Assembly (NCBI RefSeq): GCF_000007005.1
Contig: NC_002754.1
Length of the DNA stretch: 64,000 bases
Source of the DNA: Saccharolobus solfataricus P2
GTDB taxonomy: Archaea; Thermoproteota; Thermoprotei_A; Sulfolobales; Sulfolobaceae
Direction: 5' to 3' (one strand)
The notes beneath the pieces were generated by a model. The model was given only the letters and a program-made list of their open reading frames with translations. It searched no databases and was not told the DNA's origin. Numbering within the stretch: the first letter of the stretch is position 1; every line of letters starts with the position of its first letter. The position numbers and the translations under genes were made by a program. This document shows, piece by piece, positions 32,411 to 41,913 of this stretch.

Positions 32411-33441
32411 AAAATCTGTTCTATTCTTTTCATGTAATCATCTCTTAAATTGATATTTAGGGCTGATAGGTTATCTTCCAAGTGTTCTATTTTACTCGCT
32501 CCTATAAGTGGAATAACTGTAATTCCAAGTTGTTCTCCCCTCTTTAGGAGCCAAGAAATTGCCAATTGAGAAAGAGTTATTCCTAGTTCTGATGCAACAT
32601 CCTTGAGGCCTAACAATATCCTTAAGTTAGCTTCAGTAAAATATCTTTTCTTTAAATCTTCAGTTATGGAAGCTCTACTTAACTCCTCAATCTTCCAACC
32701 ATTCTTGTCCACGTATTTCCCAGTGAGAAACCCTTGAGCCAATGGTGAATATGCCATTATCGCTAAACCAAATCTCTTTGCAATAATTGCCTTATCTTTC
32801 TCTATATCTCTCTCTAACATATTGTACTTTTCTTGCATTACAATGAATTTCTCAAGGTTATGCCTTTCGCTCAATTGTAGGAATTCCATCACGTCTACTG
32901 CAGAATGATTACTAACACCTAGATAGTAAACTAAACCGTTGTTTACTAAACTATTCAATGTCCTCAGAGTTTCTAGCTTTGGAGTATCTGGGTCTGGCCA
33001 ATGTATGAAATATACGTCAATATATGATGTGCCTAGCCTTTTTAAACTCTCCTTAATTTGCCACAGTATATGTTTCCTAGATAAACCCTCTCCGTTAACG
33101 AAGTCACCCATCTTGCCTCTGACCTTAGTTGAAATCACAACAGATTCCCTATCCACAGTTTTTAGAAATTCTCCAACAATACGTTCAGCATTACCAACAT
33201 GAGGAAGATCAACTGGTGCCATAGCTCCATGATATCTATTAGCTGTATCTATGAAGTTCACTCCCTCATCATATGCTCTTTTTAGGATCTTTAATGTAGT
33301 TTCTTTGTCTACTTTATATATACCCAGCTCATCCTTCTCTTGCAATCTAGGAAGAAACCATGTTCCTATGGCAACTTGAGATACCTTAACTCCGGATTCA
33401 CCTAAATTAACATACTTCATATGTATAAAACGAGAACACAA
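32407..33441 (-). CDS. Aldo/keto reductase; likely start ATG 33420
   Basis: DTANRY, STK, HWPD and YSPLAQGFLTGKY motifs. Confidence 0.9.
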   Translation of the reverse strand: MCSRFIHMKYVNLGESGVKVSQVAIGTWFLPRLQEKDELGIYKVDKETTLKILKRAYDEGVNFIDTANRYHGAMAPVDLPHVGNAERIVGEFLKTVDRESVVISTKVRGKMGDFVNGEGLSRKHILWQIKESLKRLGTSYIDVYFIHWPDPDTPKLETLRTLNSLVNNGLVYYLGVSNHSAVDVMEFLQLSERHNLEKFIVMQEKYNMLERDIEKDKAIIAKRFGLAIMAYSPLAQGFLTGKYVDKNGWKIEELSRASITEDLKKRYFTEANLRILLGLKDVASELGITLSQLAISWLLKRGEQLGITVIPLIGASKIEHLEDNLSALNINLRDDYMKRIEQIF

Positions 33442-33453
33442 CTATTTATAGTT

Positions 33454-33618
33454 TCAAAAAACACTATAACCTTTTACCTTTTGCAGATATTTCCAATCAT
33501 TTGGATACTCAAGTCTTAAGTATTCTTCTGGTAATTTATCGATTGATATTATCTCTTCTCCTCTATTATCTTCTTTCTTTGGTTGCTCTTCTTTCCTCCT
33601 CAACTGTAGTAAAGCCAT
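33454..33618 (-). CDS. Small 54-aa ORF below the track cut-off (MALLQLRRKEEQPKKEDNRGEEIISIDKLPEEYLRLEYPNDWKYLQKVKGYSVF)
   Basis: ATG at 33618 to TGA at 33454; A-rich host-like codons; fills the gap upstream of the AKR on the same strand. Confidence 0.55.
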   Translation of the reverse strand: MALLQLRRKEEQPKKEDNRGEEIISIDKLPEEYLRLEYPNDWKYLQKVKGYSVF

Positions 33619-33901
33619 TTTTCTTTCACTAATGTATAAGTATATATTGAAGTTTTTAAAGCTTCCGCCCCTTAGACTTATATTAACTTACAAATATATA
33701 ATCCAATCTTCCTAATCTCGGAAGATAACTAATTATTAGAGACATTCTATATAAATCCCATAAAATAAGTATATTTTTTAATAAGGACATGGATTTTTTA
33801 TAAGGTTCTCAATCTCTAACGGGATATCTCTTCCATCTTTTTAACCACTATTAAATTTTAGTACATGATAGTTTAAAACCTTTTGAAGGATATTATACCT
33901 A

Positions 33902-34969
33902 ATGAAAATCAGATACGGTATCATAGGAGTAGGTGGTCATGGAAAAAATAGACATTTAATCCCATTGATTAAATTAAAAAATAAAGTAGAAATTGTAGCA
34001 GTAGCTGACGTAAAAAAGGAAAGATGCGAAGAGGTATCCTCCCAATTCAATATTAAATGTTACTTAGACTATATGGAGATGGTTGAAAAGGAATCGCTTA
34101 ACGCTGTAAGTATTGTCACACCAACGGGATTACATTCTAGGATAGCCATAAATGTGCTAAATAAGGGAGTCAATGTGTTAGTAGATAAACCGCTAGGGTC
34201 CAATTTAGAAGAAGTTAAAGAGGTAGTTAATACGGCTAGAAATAAGGGATTAAAGCTAATGGTAGGATACTGGAGTAGATTTTCTCCAGCATTACAATAC
34301 GGTAAGGAAATTATTCACAATGGTCTATTGGGAGAGCCTTATGTAGCCTATGGATATTTAGTAAGGAGGAGAGGCATACCAGGTATTCCGACATTCATTG
34401 ATAAGACGCTTTCTGGAGGAAGAGGCGCGTTATTAGACATAGGATGCTATTTAATAGATAATTTGCTTAGCTTGTTAAAATTTAGAAAGCCAATAAGCGT
34501 AATGGGTAAGGTATATACGAAATTCGGAAACGTTAAGGAGGAGGTAAAGTTTAATTGGGGTTCTTGGGATCCGGAGAATTTCAGCTTAGACGACTACGCT
34601 GTTGGATTAGTAAAACTTGAAGGTGATGTAAGTTTAATACTAGAAGTTGGCTGGTCAGCAAACGTATCTCACGTGGAGGAGAAAAGTTACGTAAGAATAT
34701 TAGGGGATAAGGGTGGAATCGAGGGAAGCGGACATGAGGCAATCGTGGATATATCTTTCCACAGTAGAACTGAGAACTTCCTTACTGATACTAAACCAGT
34801 CTTAAGGAAAGTTGACCCATACTTCGAAATGATAAATGCTTTTGTAGATAGCATTTTAACAGATAGGGAACCTCCAATAACTGGTGAGGAGAGCGTAACT
34901 CTTCATTCTATTATTGATGGTATATATAAGTCGTCAACGGAGGATAAGGAAGTAAAAATCTCACTCTAA
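33902..34969 (+). CDS. Gfo/Idh/MocA family oxidoreductase
   Basis: GVGGHG, DKPLG and GALLDIGCY motifs. Confidence 0.9.
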   Translation: MKIRYGIIGVGGHGKNRHLIPLIKLKNKVEIVAVADVKKERCEEVSSQFNIKCYLDYMEMVEKESLNAVSIVTPTGLHSRIAINVLNKGVNVLVDKPLGSNLEEVKEVVNTARNKGLKLMVGYWSRFSPALQYGKEIIHNGLLGEPYVAYGYLVRRRGIPGIPTFIDKTLSGGRGALLDIGCYLIDNLLSLLKFRKPISVMGKVYTKFGNVKEEVKFNWGSWDPENFSLDDYAVGLVKLEGDVSLILEVGWSANVSHVEEKSYVRILGDKGGIEGSGHEAIVDISFHSRTENFLTDTKPVLRKVDPYFEMINAFVDSILTDREPPITGEESVTLHSIIDGIYKSSTEDKEVKISL

Positions 34970-35821
34970 GGGCTTATATAAGGCTTTGGGATTGTTACTA
35001 CCCATATCGAGCTTAGCTTTTTCACTTATGTTTAAGGAGAGAAACTCCCTTAAGTTATACGAGATACTCTTTATACCTGGCCCACCGTAATCACTACCAT
35101 AAATTGTCTTATAGCTTATCTCCTCAAGTCTAGGCAAATACTCCAATAGTTTCTTGGGAGGAATGGAAGAGATTTCACCGTAAAGGTTTCTCCTTATTCT
35201 AACTAGTTGGAAAGCAGTAGGTACATAATTTGGTCTTCCCATGTGAGCTAATACAATCTTAAGCTGTGGAAAATCGACGGCTACATCATCAACGAATATT
35301 GGGTCAGCGTACTTATTCCTAGCTTTTAAAAACACACTAGTACCGGTGTGAATGACGACTGGTAAGTTATGATCTTGAGCAAATTCGTATAATAGCTCGA
35401 GCTGCTTTAGACCACCCTCCTCTTCCCTATACGCGTTTGGCTTTACGTGGGAGTGGACTGGGTGTAATTTAAAACCAGAAACCCCAGCCTCATATTGCCT
35501 TTCTAGCCAGTCCTTAGCCTCGTTGAGGCTTATCCTATTCGGCTCAATTCCCCCCACTATCGAAAACCTATTTCCGTATTCCTTTAAAAATTTTATCATG
35601 GCAATTGGAAAATCCTCTTTAGTACGCCATATTTCTCTACTGGGATAAGCTATTATAACTATGTAGTCAATATTAACACTGTCCATTTCCTTTATAATTT
35701 CTTGAACGCTAGGTGGAGTATACTCATATCCAGAATCGTTAGAAAAGAAGTCCTTTGGTAAGGTCTCTTTAAACCAGACGTGAGTGTGAGCGTCTACATA
35801 CCCCATATAATATGATTTCAA
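34961..35821 (-). CDS. Amidohydrolase_2 family metallo-TIM-barrel protein
   Basis: DAHTH, KLHP, HTG, AHMG and GSD motifs. Confidence 0.9.
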   Translation of the reverse strand: MKSYYMGYVDAHTHVWFKETLPKDFFSNDSGYEYTPPSVQEIIKEMDSVNIDYIVIIAYPSREIWRTKEDFPIAMIKFLKEYGNRFSIVGGIEPNRISLNEAKDWLERQYEAGVSGFKLHPVHSHVKPNAYREEEGGLKQLELLYEFAQDHNLPVVIHTGTSVFLKARNKYADPIFVDDVAVDFPQLKIVLAHMGRPNYVPTAFQLVRIRRNLYGEISSIPPKKLLEYLPRLEEISYKTIYGSDYGGPGIKSISYNLREFLSLNISEKAKLDMGSNNPKALYKPLE

Positions 35822-36031
35822 TTTGATCCCTTTTAAATCAATCCATCTTTATACGCAAAAATTAACTTGATTGTGAAAAGAAATCGTGGAAGCTAATCCA
35901 TTTCTTTTAAAGTTTTCTACCCTAAATAACCTTATCGTATTACGCCTACATTTAGAATTTTAGATCTCTTTCCCTATCACTATTGTAAGTTAACTTTTAA
36001 TTTACTAATGGGAAAGTACTACTGAACATAG

Positions 36032-37183
36032 TTGAAATATCTAAAAATTTTTGCAATCTTATCTAATCTTGCAAACAACTTGGTAAGTCCGTTCATATCA
36101 TTCGTCTCAGCGTACTTTGGAATGAATTCAGAGGAACTTGCATTAGTTACCTCAGCCACTAACGCAGTTCCTAATATATCTCAATATTTCCTAAACTTTA
36201 TTAAATCTAAAGCTAAATTCTTAATATTTATAGGCACATTAGTTAATGGTCTACTATGGGTCATAAGCGCGTTTATACCTTTTAACTGGATATTCTTAAC
36301 TGTTTATTTTATTATAACAATGAGTATTGGCATAGCCAATTTTGGGTGGAACTTAATAATGGATAGGGTGAGTAGGAATAGTAGGGGTTCCACATTATCA
36401 CTTTACCTTGTTTACGGAACGATAGGCGCATTAGCTGCTACTTTAGTAACAGGTTTTATTACGGAAAGCAACACAGAGTTGATAAGGGAGTTCTTCCTAA
36501 TTTCCGGAATAATACTAGTTGGTTCTGCTAACCTTTCTAGAAAAATAGAGGTGGATACGAAACTTGAAGAAAATCGAGTTAAAAGTGCTTCATTCCAAAT
36601 GAAAAGATTTTTAACTACTATATTCCTCTTCAATCTGGTATTATCATTAGCATGGCCGATTTTCCCGTTAGCGCAAGTGTACAAATTCCACATGAATGAT
36701 GAAAATATAGCAATCTTAAGCGTAGAAACTGGAGTTACAACAATCTTGTTTCAAAGGATTGTTGCTAAATTGACAGATACTAAGAGAAAATTAACGCTTT
36801 TCCTTGGAAGCGCTCTTTATACTATCTATCCTTTATCTTACGCCCTATCTGATTCCATTTATATGATATATATCGTAAATCTAGCCAGTGGATTTACCAA
36901 TGCTGTTGGATCGGTAACTTACATTGCCTATATATTCGATAACTCAGACGACAATACTATAAGGAGAAACTTGGCAGTTTATAACTTGACAGTAGGTTGT
37001 GGAGTGATGACTGGATCAATACTAGGAGGAGTAGCATATAATTACGTTACACAATTTTATAACCCAATATATTCAATAGACCTTATGCTTATCCTATCCT
37101 CTATTCTAAGATTCTCGGTATCTCCCCTATTCTTGACCATAAAAGATACTCCAGTGGTGTTTCACCAATTTTACTCAAAATGA
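36032..37183 (+). CDS. lacTr: MFS sugar transporter upstream of lacS; C-terminus replaced by IS-derived residues
   Basis: About 12 TM segments. The native end would be IKDTRSKLK* (38600-38617); it is now IKDTPVVFHQFYSK*. Confidence 0.8.
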   Translation: MKYLKIFAILSNLANNLVSPFISFVSAYFGMNSEELALVTSATNAVPNISQYFLNFIKSKAKFLIFIGTLVNGLLWVISAFIPFNWIFLTVYFIITMSIGIANFGWNLIMDRVSRNSRGSTLSLYLVYGTIGALAATLVTGFITESNTELIREFFLISGIILVGSANLSRKIEVDTKLEENRVKSASFQMKRFLTTIFLFNLVLSLAWPIFPLAQVYKFHMNDENIAILSVETGVTTILFQRIVAKLTDTKRKLTLFLGSALYTIYPLSYALSDSIYMIYIVNLASGFTNAVGSVTYIAYIFDNSDDNTIRRNLAVYNLTVGCGVMTGSILGGVAYNYVTQFYNPIYSIDLMLILSSILRFSVSPLFLTIKDTPVVFHQFYSK

Positions 37184-38590
37184 TACAATTTCTATGGAAG
37201 AGAAAAATATCAGAGCGGAGTTAGAAAAATCGGCTTATTTCAACACAAGAAGCAAAAAATTTTCATATTTGTTGAAGAAACTAACAGAAAACGAGTTTAT
37301 ATATAAAGAGTAATACCATTTGTCTAGTATTATCAATAGAGGAAAGTAGGTGGAAGGACGAGATGAACAAGAAAAGGTTAAAGCGAGGGACTCCATAACT
37401 CCGTTATGCAAACCATACAAGTATCCAAAACGGAGCTGAAGTCCCTCGCTATAAATTTAGCAACAATCAATATTAACGTTATCTCTCAAGATCTAGACCC
37501 GGAAATAGTGAAAGCAGCGCCATCCTTGCTAACCGGAAACAGAGGAAAATACTACTTGAAGGTAGTAAGACAAGGCGAGAAAGTAATTAGTAAAGGTCAG
37601 AGAACCTTCAAGTTCTACCCAATCTACAGAGAAGTAAAGGGAGAGACCAACGTAGTCGCTGTAGATGAGACCGGATTAACCGTGGGAGAAAAGGAACAAG
37701 AAAAAGCAGAGGGCTTTCTACTCTACAACTGGAAGAGAAAAGGAGTAAAGATGAGATCCTTGGACCTCGTATATCCCTTAAGGTTACCCCTCCTAGTGGA
37801 GGTAGCAGATTTGAGAAGCGACAGTCCATCACAGTTCCTACTCAGGAGCGTGAGGGAAGTAAGCCAATACATGGAAATAGATTACGTTGTAGCTGACGCC
37901 GGATTCTTGAACCTAGGGGTCATCAAGGAAATGCCCGTGAAGACCATTGTGAGAGGAAAGTCGAACTTGAAGGGATTCAAGGAACTATCTAACGTTCCAT
38001 TAGTTGAGAAGAGATACGAGGTTAAGGACAAGGTTTACGTTGCGTATAGGGTCTTGGAATTTGAAGGGCTTTATTATTACGATGTGGTTTACGTTAAGGG
38101 AAAGCCGAGGCACTTCATGTTCGTAACGAACTTCGAGGGAGATCCCTATGAACTGGCTGAACTCTATAGGTTGAGGTGGCAGGTTGAGGAGGGTTTTAAG
38201 GTTAGGAAGGCAAGGATAAGGTATGTTAGGAAGTTGAGTAATAAGATCTTCTTGTTCCTCTATTATACGGTTCTGGATTCTGCGTGGAATCTAGTGAATC
38301 ATCTTCTCTTTAACTTCAAGTCCACGTGTAAGAAGGTTTTGTCCTTCGATTCATTCGTCAAGCTTCTCTAACTTTCTCGGTGTTCAGAGGAGACTATGCA
38401 CGTCGTTTTCACCACGTGAGAAAAATTCAGAATTCTCCTCTTATTATTAGAATTGTACGCTATATTTTTTGCAAATTATTTTAACATGTTATGTTTCATA
38501 ATAATTTTATTGTTTTTCTCTATATCAATCTCTTTTTGAAAGTGCTAATATTATATCTTTCAAATGAAATAATTTGGTGAAACACCACTG
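37152..38590 (+). mobile_element. ISC1439 copy 2
   Basis: Exactly 1439 bp; IR CAGTGGTGTTTCACCAA; perfect 9-bp TSD AAGATACTC (37143-51 and 38591-99). Confidence 0.97.
37406..38371 (+). CDS. ISC1439 transposase (N-terminal variant MQTIQVSK)
   Basis: Same DDE motifs as copies 1 and 3. Confidence 0.95.
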   Translation: MQTIQVSKTELKSLAINLATININVISQDLDPEIVKAAPSLLTGNRGKYYLKVVRQGEKVISKGQRTFKFYPIYREVKGETNVVAVDETGLTVGEKEQEKAEGFLLYNWKRKGVKMRSLDLVYPLRLPLLVEVADLRSDSPSQFLLRSVREVSQYMEIDYVVADAGFLNLGVIKEMPVKTIVRGKSNLKGFKELSNVPLVEKRYEVKDKVYVAYRVLEFEGLYYYDVVYVKGKPRHFMFVTNFEGDPYELAELYRLRWQVEEGFKVRKARIRYVRKLSNKIFLFLYYTVLDSAWNLVNHLLFNFKSTCKKVLSFDSFVKLL

Positions 38591-38601
38591 AAGATACTCG
38601 C

Positions 38602-38615
38602 TCAAAGCTTAAATA
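38602..38615 (+). promoter_or_regulatory. lacS BRE-TATA
   Basis: TCAAAG-CTTAAATA; the TATA ends 21 bp before the lacS ATG and lies within the original lacTr 3' end. Confidence 0.7.
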
Positions 38616-38636
38616 ATATTAATCATAAATAAAGTC

Positions 38637-40106
38637 ATGTACTCATTTCCAAATAGCTTTAGGTTTGGTTGGTCCCAGGCCGGATTTCAATCAGAAATGG
38701 GAACACCAGGGTCAGAAGATCCAAATACTGACTGGTATAAATGGGTTCATGATCCAGAAAACATGGCAGCGGGATTAGTAAGTGGAGATCTACCAGAAAA
38801 TGGGCCAGGCTACTGGGGAAACTATAAGACATTTCACGATAATGCACAAAAAATGGGATTAAAAATAGCTAGACTAAATGTGGAATGGTCTAGGATATTT
38901 CCTAATCCATTACCAAGGCCACAAAACTTTGATGAATCAAAACAAGATGTGACAGAGGTTGAGATAAACGAAAACGAGTTAAAGAGACTTGACGAGTACG
39001 CTAATAAAGACGCATTAAACCATTACAGGGAAATATTCAAGGATCTTAAAAGTAGAGGACTTTACTTTATACTAAACATGTATCATTGGCCATTACCTCT
39101 ATGGTTACACGACCCAATAAGAGTAAGAAGAGGAGATTTTACTGGACCAAGTGGTTGGCTAAGTACTAGAACAGTTTACGAATTCGCTAGATTCTCAGCT
39201 TATATAGCTTGGAAATTCGATGATCTAGTGGATGAGTACTCAACAATGAATGAACCTAACGTTGTTGGAGGTTTAGGATACGTTGGTGTTAAGTCCGGTT
39301 TTCCCCCAGGATACCTAAGCTTTGAACTTTCCCGTAGGGCAATGTATAACATCATTCAAGCTCACGCAAGAGCGTATGATGGGATAAAGAGTGTTTCTAA
39401 AAAACCAGTTGGAATTATTTACGCTAATAGCTCATTCCAGCCGTTAACGGATAAAGATATGGAAGCGGTAGAGATGGCTGAAAATGATAATAGATGGTGG
39501 TTCTTTGATGCTATAATAAGAGGTGAGATCACCAGAGGAAACGAGAAGATTGTAAGAGATGACCTAAAGGGTAGATTGGATTGGATTGGAGTTAATTATT
39601 ACACTAGGACTGTTGTGAAGAGGACTGAAAAGGGATACGTTAGCTTAGGAGGTTACGGTCACGGATGTGAGAGGAATTCTGTAAGTTTAGCGGGATTACC
39701 AACCAGCGACTTCGGCTGGGAGTTCTTCCCAGAAGGTTTATATGACGTTTTGACGAAATACTGGAATAGATATCATCTCTATATGTACGTTACTGAAAAT
39801 GGTATTGCGGATGATGCCGATTATCAAAGGCCCTATTATTTAGTATCTCACGTTTATCAAGTTCATAGAGCAATAAATAGTGGTGCAGATGTTAGAGGGT
39901 ATTTACATTGGTCTCTAGCTGATAATTACGAATGGGCTTCAGGATTCTCTATGAGGTTTGGTCTGTTAAAGGTCGATTACAACACTAAGAGACTATACTG
40001 GAGACCCTCAGCACTAGTATATAGGGAAATCGCCACAAATGGCGCAATAACTGATGAAATAGAGCACTTAAATAGCGTACCTCCAGTAAAGCCATTAAGG
40101 CACTAA
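38637..40106 (+). CDS. lacS: GH1 beta-glycosidase (beta-galactosidase)
   Basis: [20 protein letters not shown] start, TMNEP and VTENG motifs; 489 aa. Confidence 0.99.
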   Translation: MYSFPNSFRFGWSQAGFQSEMGTPGSEDPNTDWYKWVHDPENMAAGLVSGDLPENGPGYWGNYKTFHDNAQKMGLKIARLNVEWSRIFPNPLPRPQNFDESKQDVTEVEINENELKRLDEYANKDALNHYREIFKDLKSRGLYFILNMYHWPLPLWLHDPIRVRRGDFTGPSGWLSTRTVYEFARFSAYIAWKFDDLVDEYSTMNEPNVVGGLGYVGVKSGFPPGYLSFELSRRAMYNIIQAHARAYDGIKSVSKKPVGIIYANSSFQPLTDKDMEAVEMAENDNRWWFFDAIIRGEITRGNEKIVRDDLKGRLDWIGVNYYTRTVVKRTEKGYVSLGGYGHGCERNSVSLAGLPTSDFGWEFFPEGLYDVLTKYWNRYHLYMYVTENGIADDADYQRPYYLVSHVYQVHRAINSGADVRGYLHWSLADNYEWASGFSMRFGLLKVDYNTKRLYWRPSALVYREIATNGAITDEIEHLNSVPPVKPLRH

Positions 40107-41890
40107 ACTTTCTCAAGTCTCACTATACCAAATGAGTTTTCTTTTAATCTTATTCTAATCTCATTTTCATTAGATTGCAATACTTTCATACCTTCTATAT
40201 TATTTATTTTGTACCTTTTGGGATCTACACTTAATGTTAGCCTAATTGGAAAGTCATTTAGATTTAATACTGTTACCAGTCCATCCCTTTTAATTATTAA
40301 TGAAAATAAGAAGGGATAAGTAGCGATAGCCCTTATTCCGATATGGTCTCCAACAATATCCCTTATTATCTGCCTTGCAACACTAGGGTAGAACTCTGAA
40401 ATCAGATATGGTAGGTAAGTTGTAAGTGATAGGACGTAAACTTTAGAGTTAGAGTAAGTGTTCTGAAAGACTACTGGGTGCAATTCGACACCGTTATAGG
40501 CGTAAAGGATTGGCGTAGCTCCGTTTAATGAAAATATAGGTCCTACAGGGAAATTGGCTTGCCTCTTGTAATATGACCAATAGAACGTTTTCCCATCCCT
40601 GGTTAACGCATTGACACTAACACTATCGTAAATCAAGTTACCGACACCAAGAATTTTCAGTGCAGTATCCCCCAAGACTTCAATAAGCTTTTTAGCTGCA
40701 CTTGCTGTAAACATTAAGTTAACTCCCCTATTAAGTAAATCCACAATATCTAGATGGTAAATATCTGACTCAGTTATGAGCAATATATCACTTGGATTTA
40801 CAACATTAGAAACCTCTAGCGGTATTCCAATTATTCCTAGATGGTCCTCTACGTATTTATCAAACCTTTGAGTCATGAAATGCTGTAATGGTATTCTCTT
40901 CAAACCTATAGAGGCGTATTCCCTAATGTCTTCCCTCCACCTCTGTACCTTTTCCTTATTTTCCATAATACTTTCAAACAAACTCCTTCTCTCTGGGTCT
41001 AAAATATCTCCAGCCTCGAAAAGTGTAATTTCCTCTGTGAGACCAAATGCGCTCAAGATAAATTGCTGTAAATATGTTTTAAAACTACCGTAATCTCCAC
41101 CTTCTCCACCTATGAAAGTATCAAACCATACACCCTTTAATTTATCACCGACTAGACCTTTAACGTAATCAACTATGTACAATGAACCATATCTTGCCGT
41201 ATATTCCCTAGCCTCAGTTCCAACATAAATGTTATCGAAGATTTCAGCTAACTTATCTAATTTAAGTCCTCTATGATAGAAGTCTTCCCTCCACTCAGCG
41301 ACCTTTAGAGTTATCTTGACTTTTTCGTTTACATTTTTTGCTGGTTTTACAACATAATCCCTTGAAGCGTTATAAACTAGAGAGGAAGAGTACTCACACC
41401 ATAAGCGCGATATAACTGGATCTCTCAACATTTTAAGTAATGTACCTTTAGTGAAATTAACCCCATACATTGAGTTAAACAGTTTTACATCCTTTTCAGA
41501 ATGGCACCAATTAGCCCAAAAGTCATCAATAATTATCTCGTCAAATACCTTTGCTTGCTCTTCAACTACGTTTTTTACCATCTCCCTATTTCTTTCATCT
41601 GCAATACAAGCTACTTTAAAACCATAATTCTCCATTTCACCCCAACCCTCACCCCATGTACCAATTGCCATCCCTCCAGCAACTTCAAACTCCCTCTCAA
41701 AAACCTCTTTAAACTTAATCATTGTGTTAACATCTAGCATTATTCCATCTCTATAATTTTCTAGATAGATTTTAACTACTCCTAATTCTTTAAATTTTTC
41801 AATAAGCTTCTTGATCCTTTCCTCGTTAAGACCCCTCAAAGTTGGAGCCGTAACGTAAACCGCTAATTTAAACTCCTTCATACTTATCAC
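40103..41890 (-). CDS. Uncharacterised 595-aa protein, possible glycoside-hydrolase-like TIM barrel plus accessory domains
   Basis: Directly downstream of xylS; [14 protein letters not shown] and GVWFDT acidic motifs. The fold call is inference. Confidence 0.6.
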   Translation of the reverse strand: MISMKEFKLAVYVTAPTLRGLNEERIKKLIEKFKELGVVKIYLENYRDGIMLDVNTMIKFKEVFEREFEVAGGMAIGTWGEGWGEMENYGFKVACIADERNREMVKNVVEEQAKVFDEIIIDDFWANWCHSEKDVKLFNSMYGVNFTKGTLLKMLRDPVISRLWCEYSSSLVYNASRDYVVKPAKNVNEKVKITLKVAEWREDFYHRGLKLDKLAEIFDNIYVGTEAREYTARYGSLYIVDYVKGLVGDKLKGVWFDTFIGGEGGDYGSFKTYLQQFILSAFGLTEEITLFEAGDILDPERRSLFESIMENKEKVQRWREDIREYASIGLKRIPLQHFMTQRFDKYVEDHLGIIGIPLEVSNVVNPSDILLITESDIYHLDIVDLLNRGVNLMFTASAAKKLIEVLGDTALKILGVGNLIYDSVSVNALTRDGKTFYWSYYKRQANFPVGPIFSLNGATPILYAYNGVELHPVVFQNTYSNSKVYVLSLTTYLPYLISEFYPSVARQIIRDIVGDHIGIRAIATYPFLFSLIIKRDGLVTVLNLNDFPIRLTLSVDPKRYKINNIEGMKVLQSNENEIRIRLKENSFGIVRLEKV

Positions 41891-41913
41891 ACAACGATTA
41901 GAAAATTAAAATA

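Noticed and set aside
33661-33675. GCTTCCGCCCTTAG, resembling an IS200/IS605 end
   Set aside because: Too short, with no hairpin partner or tnpB remnant nearby.
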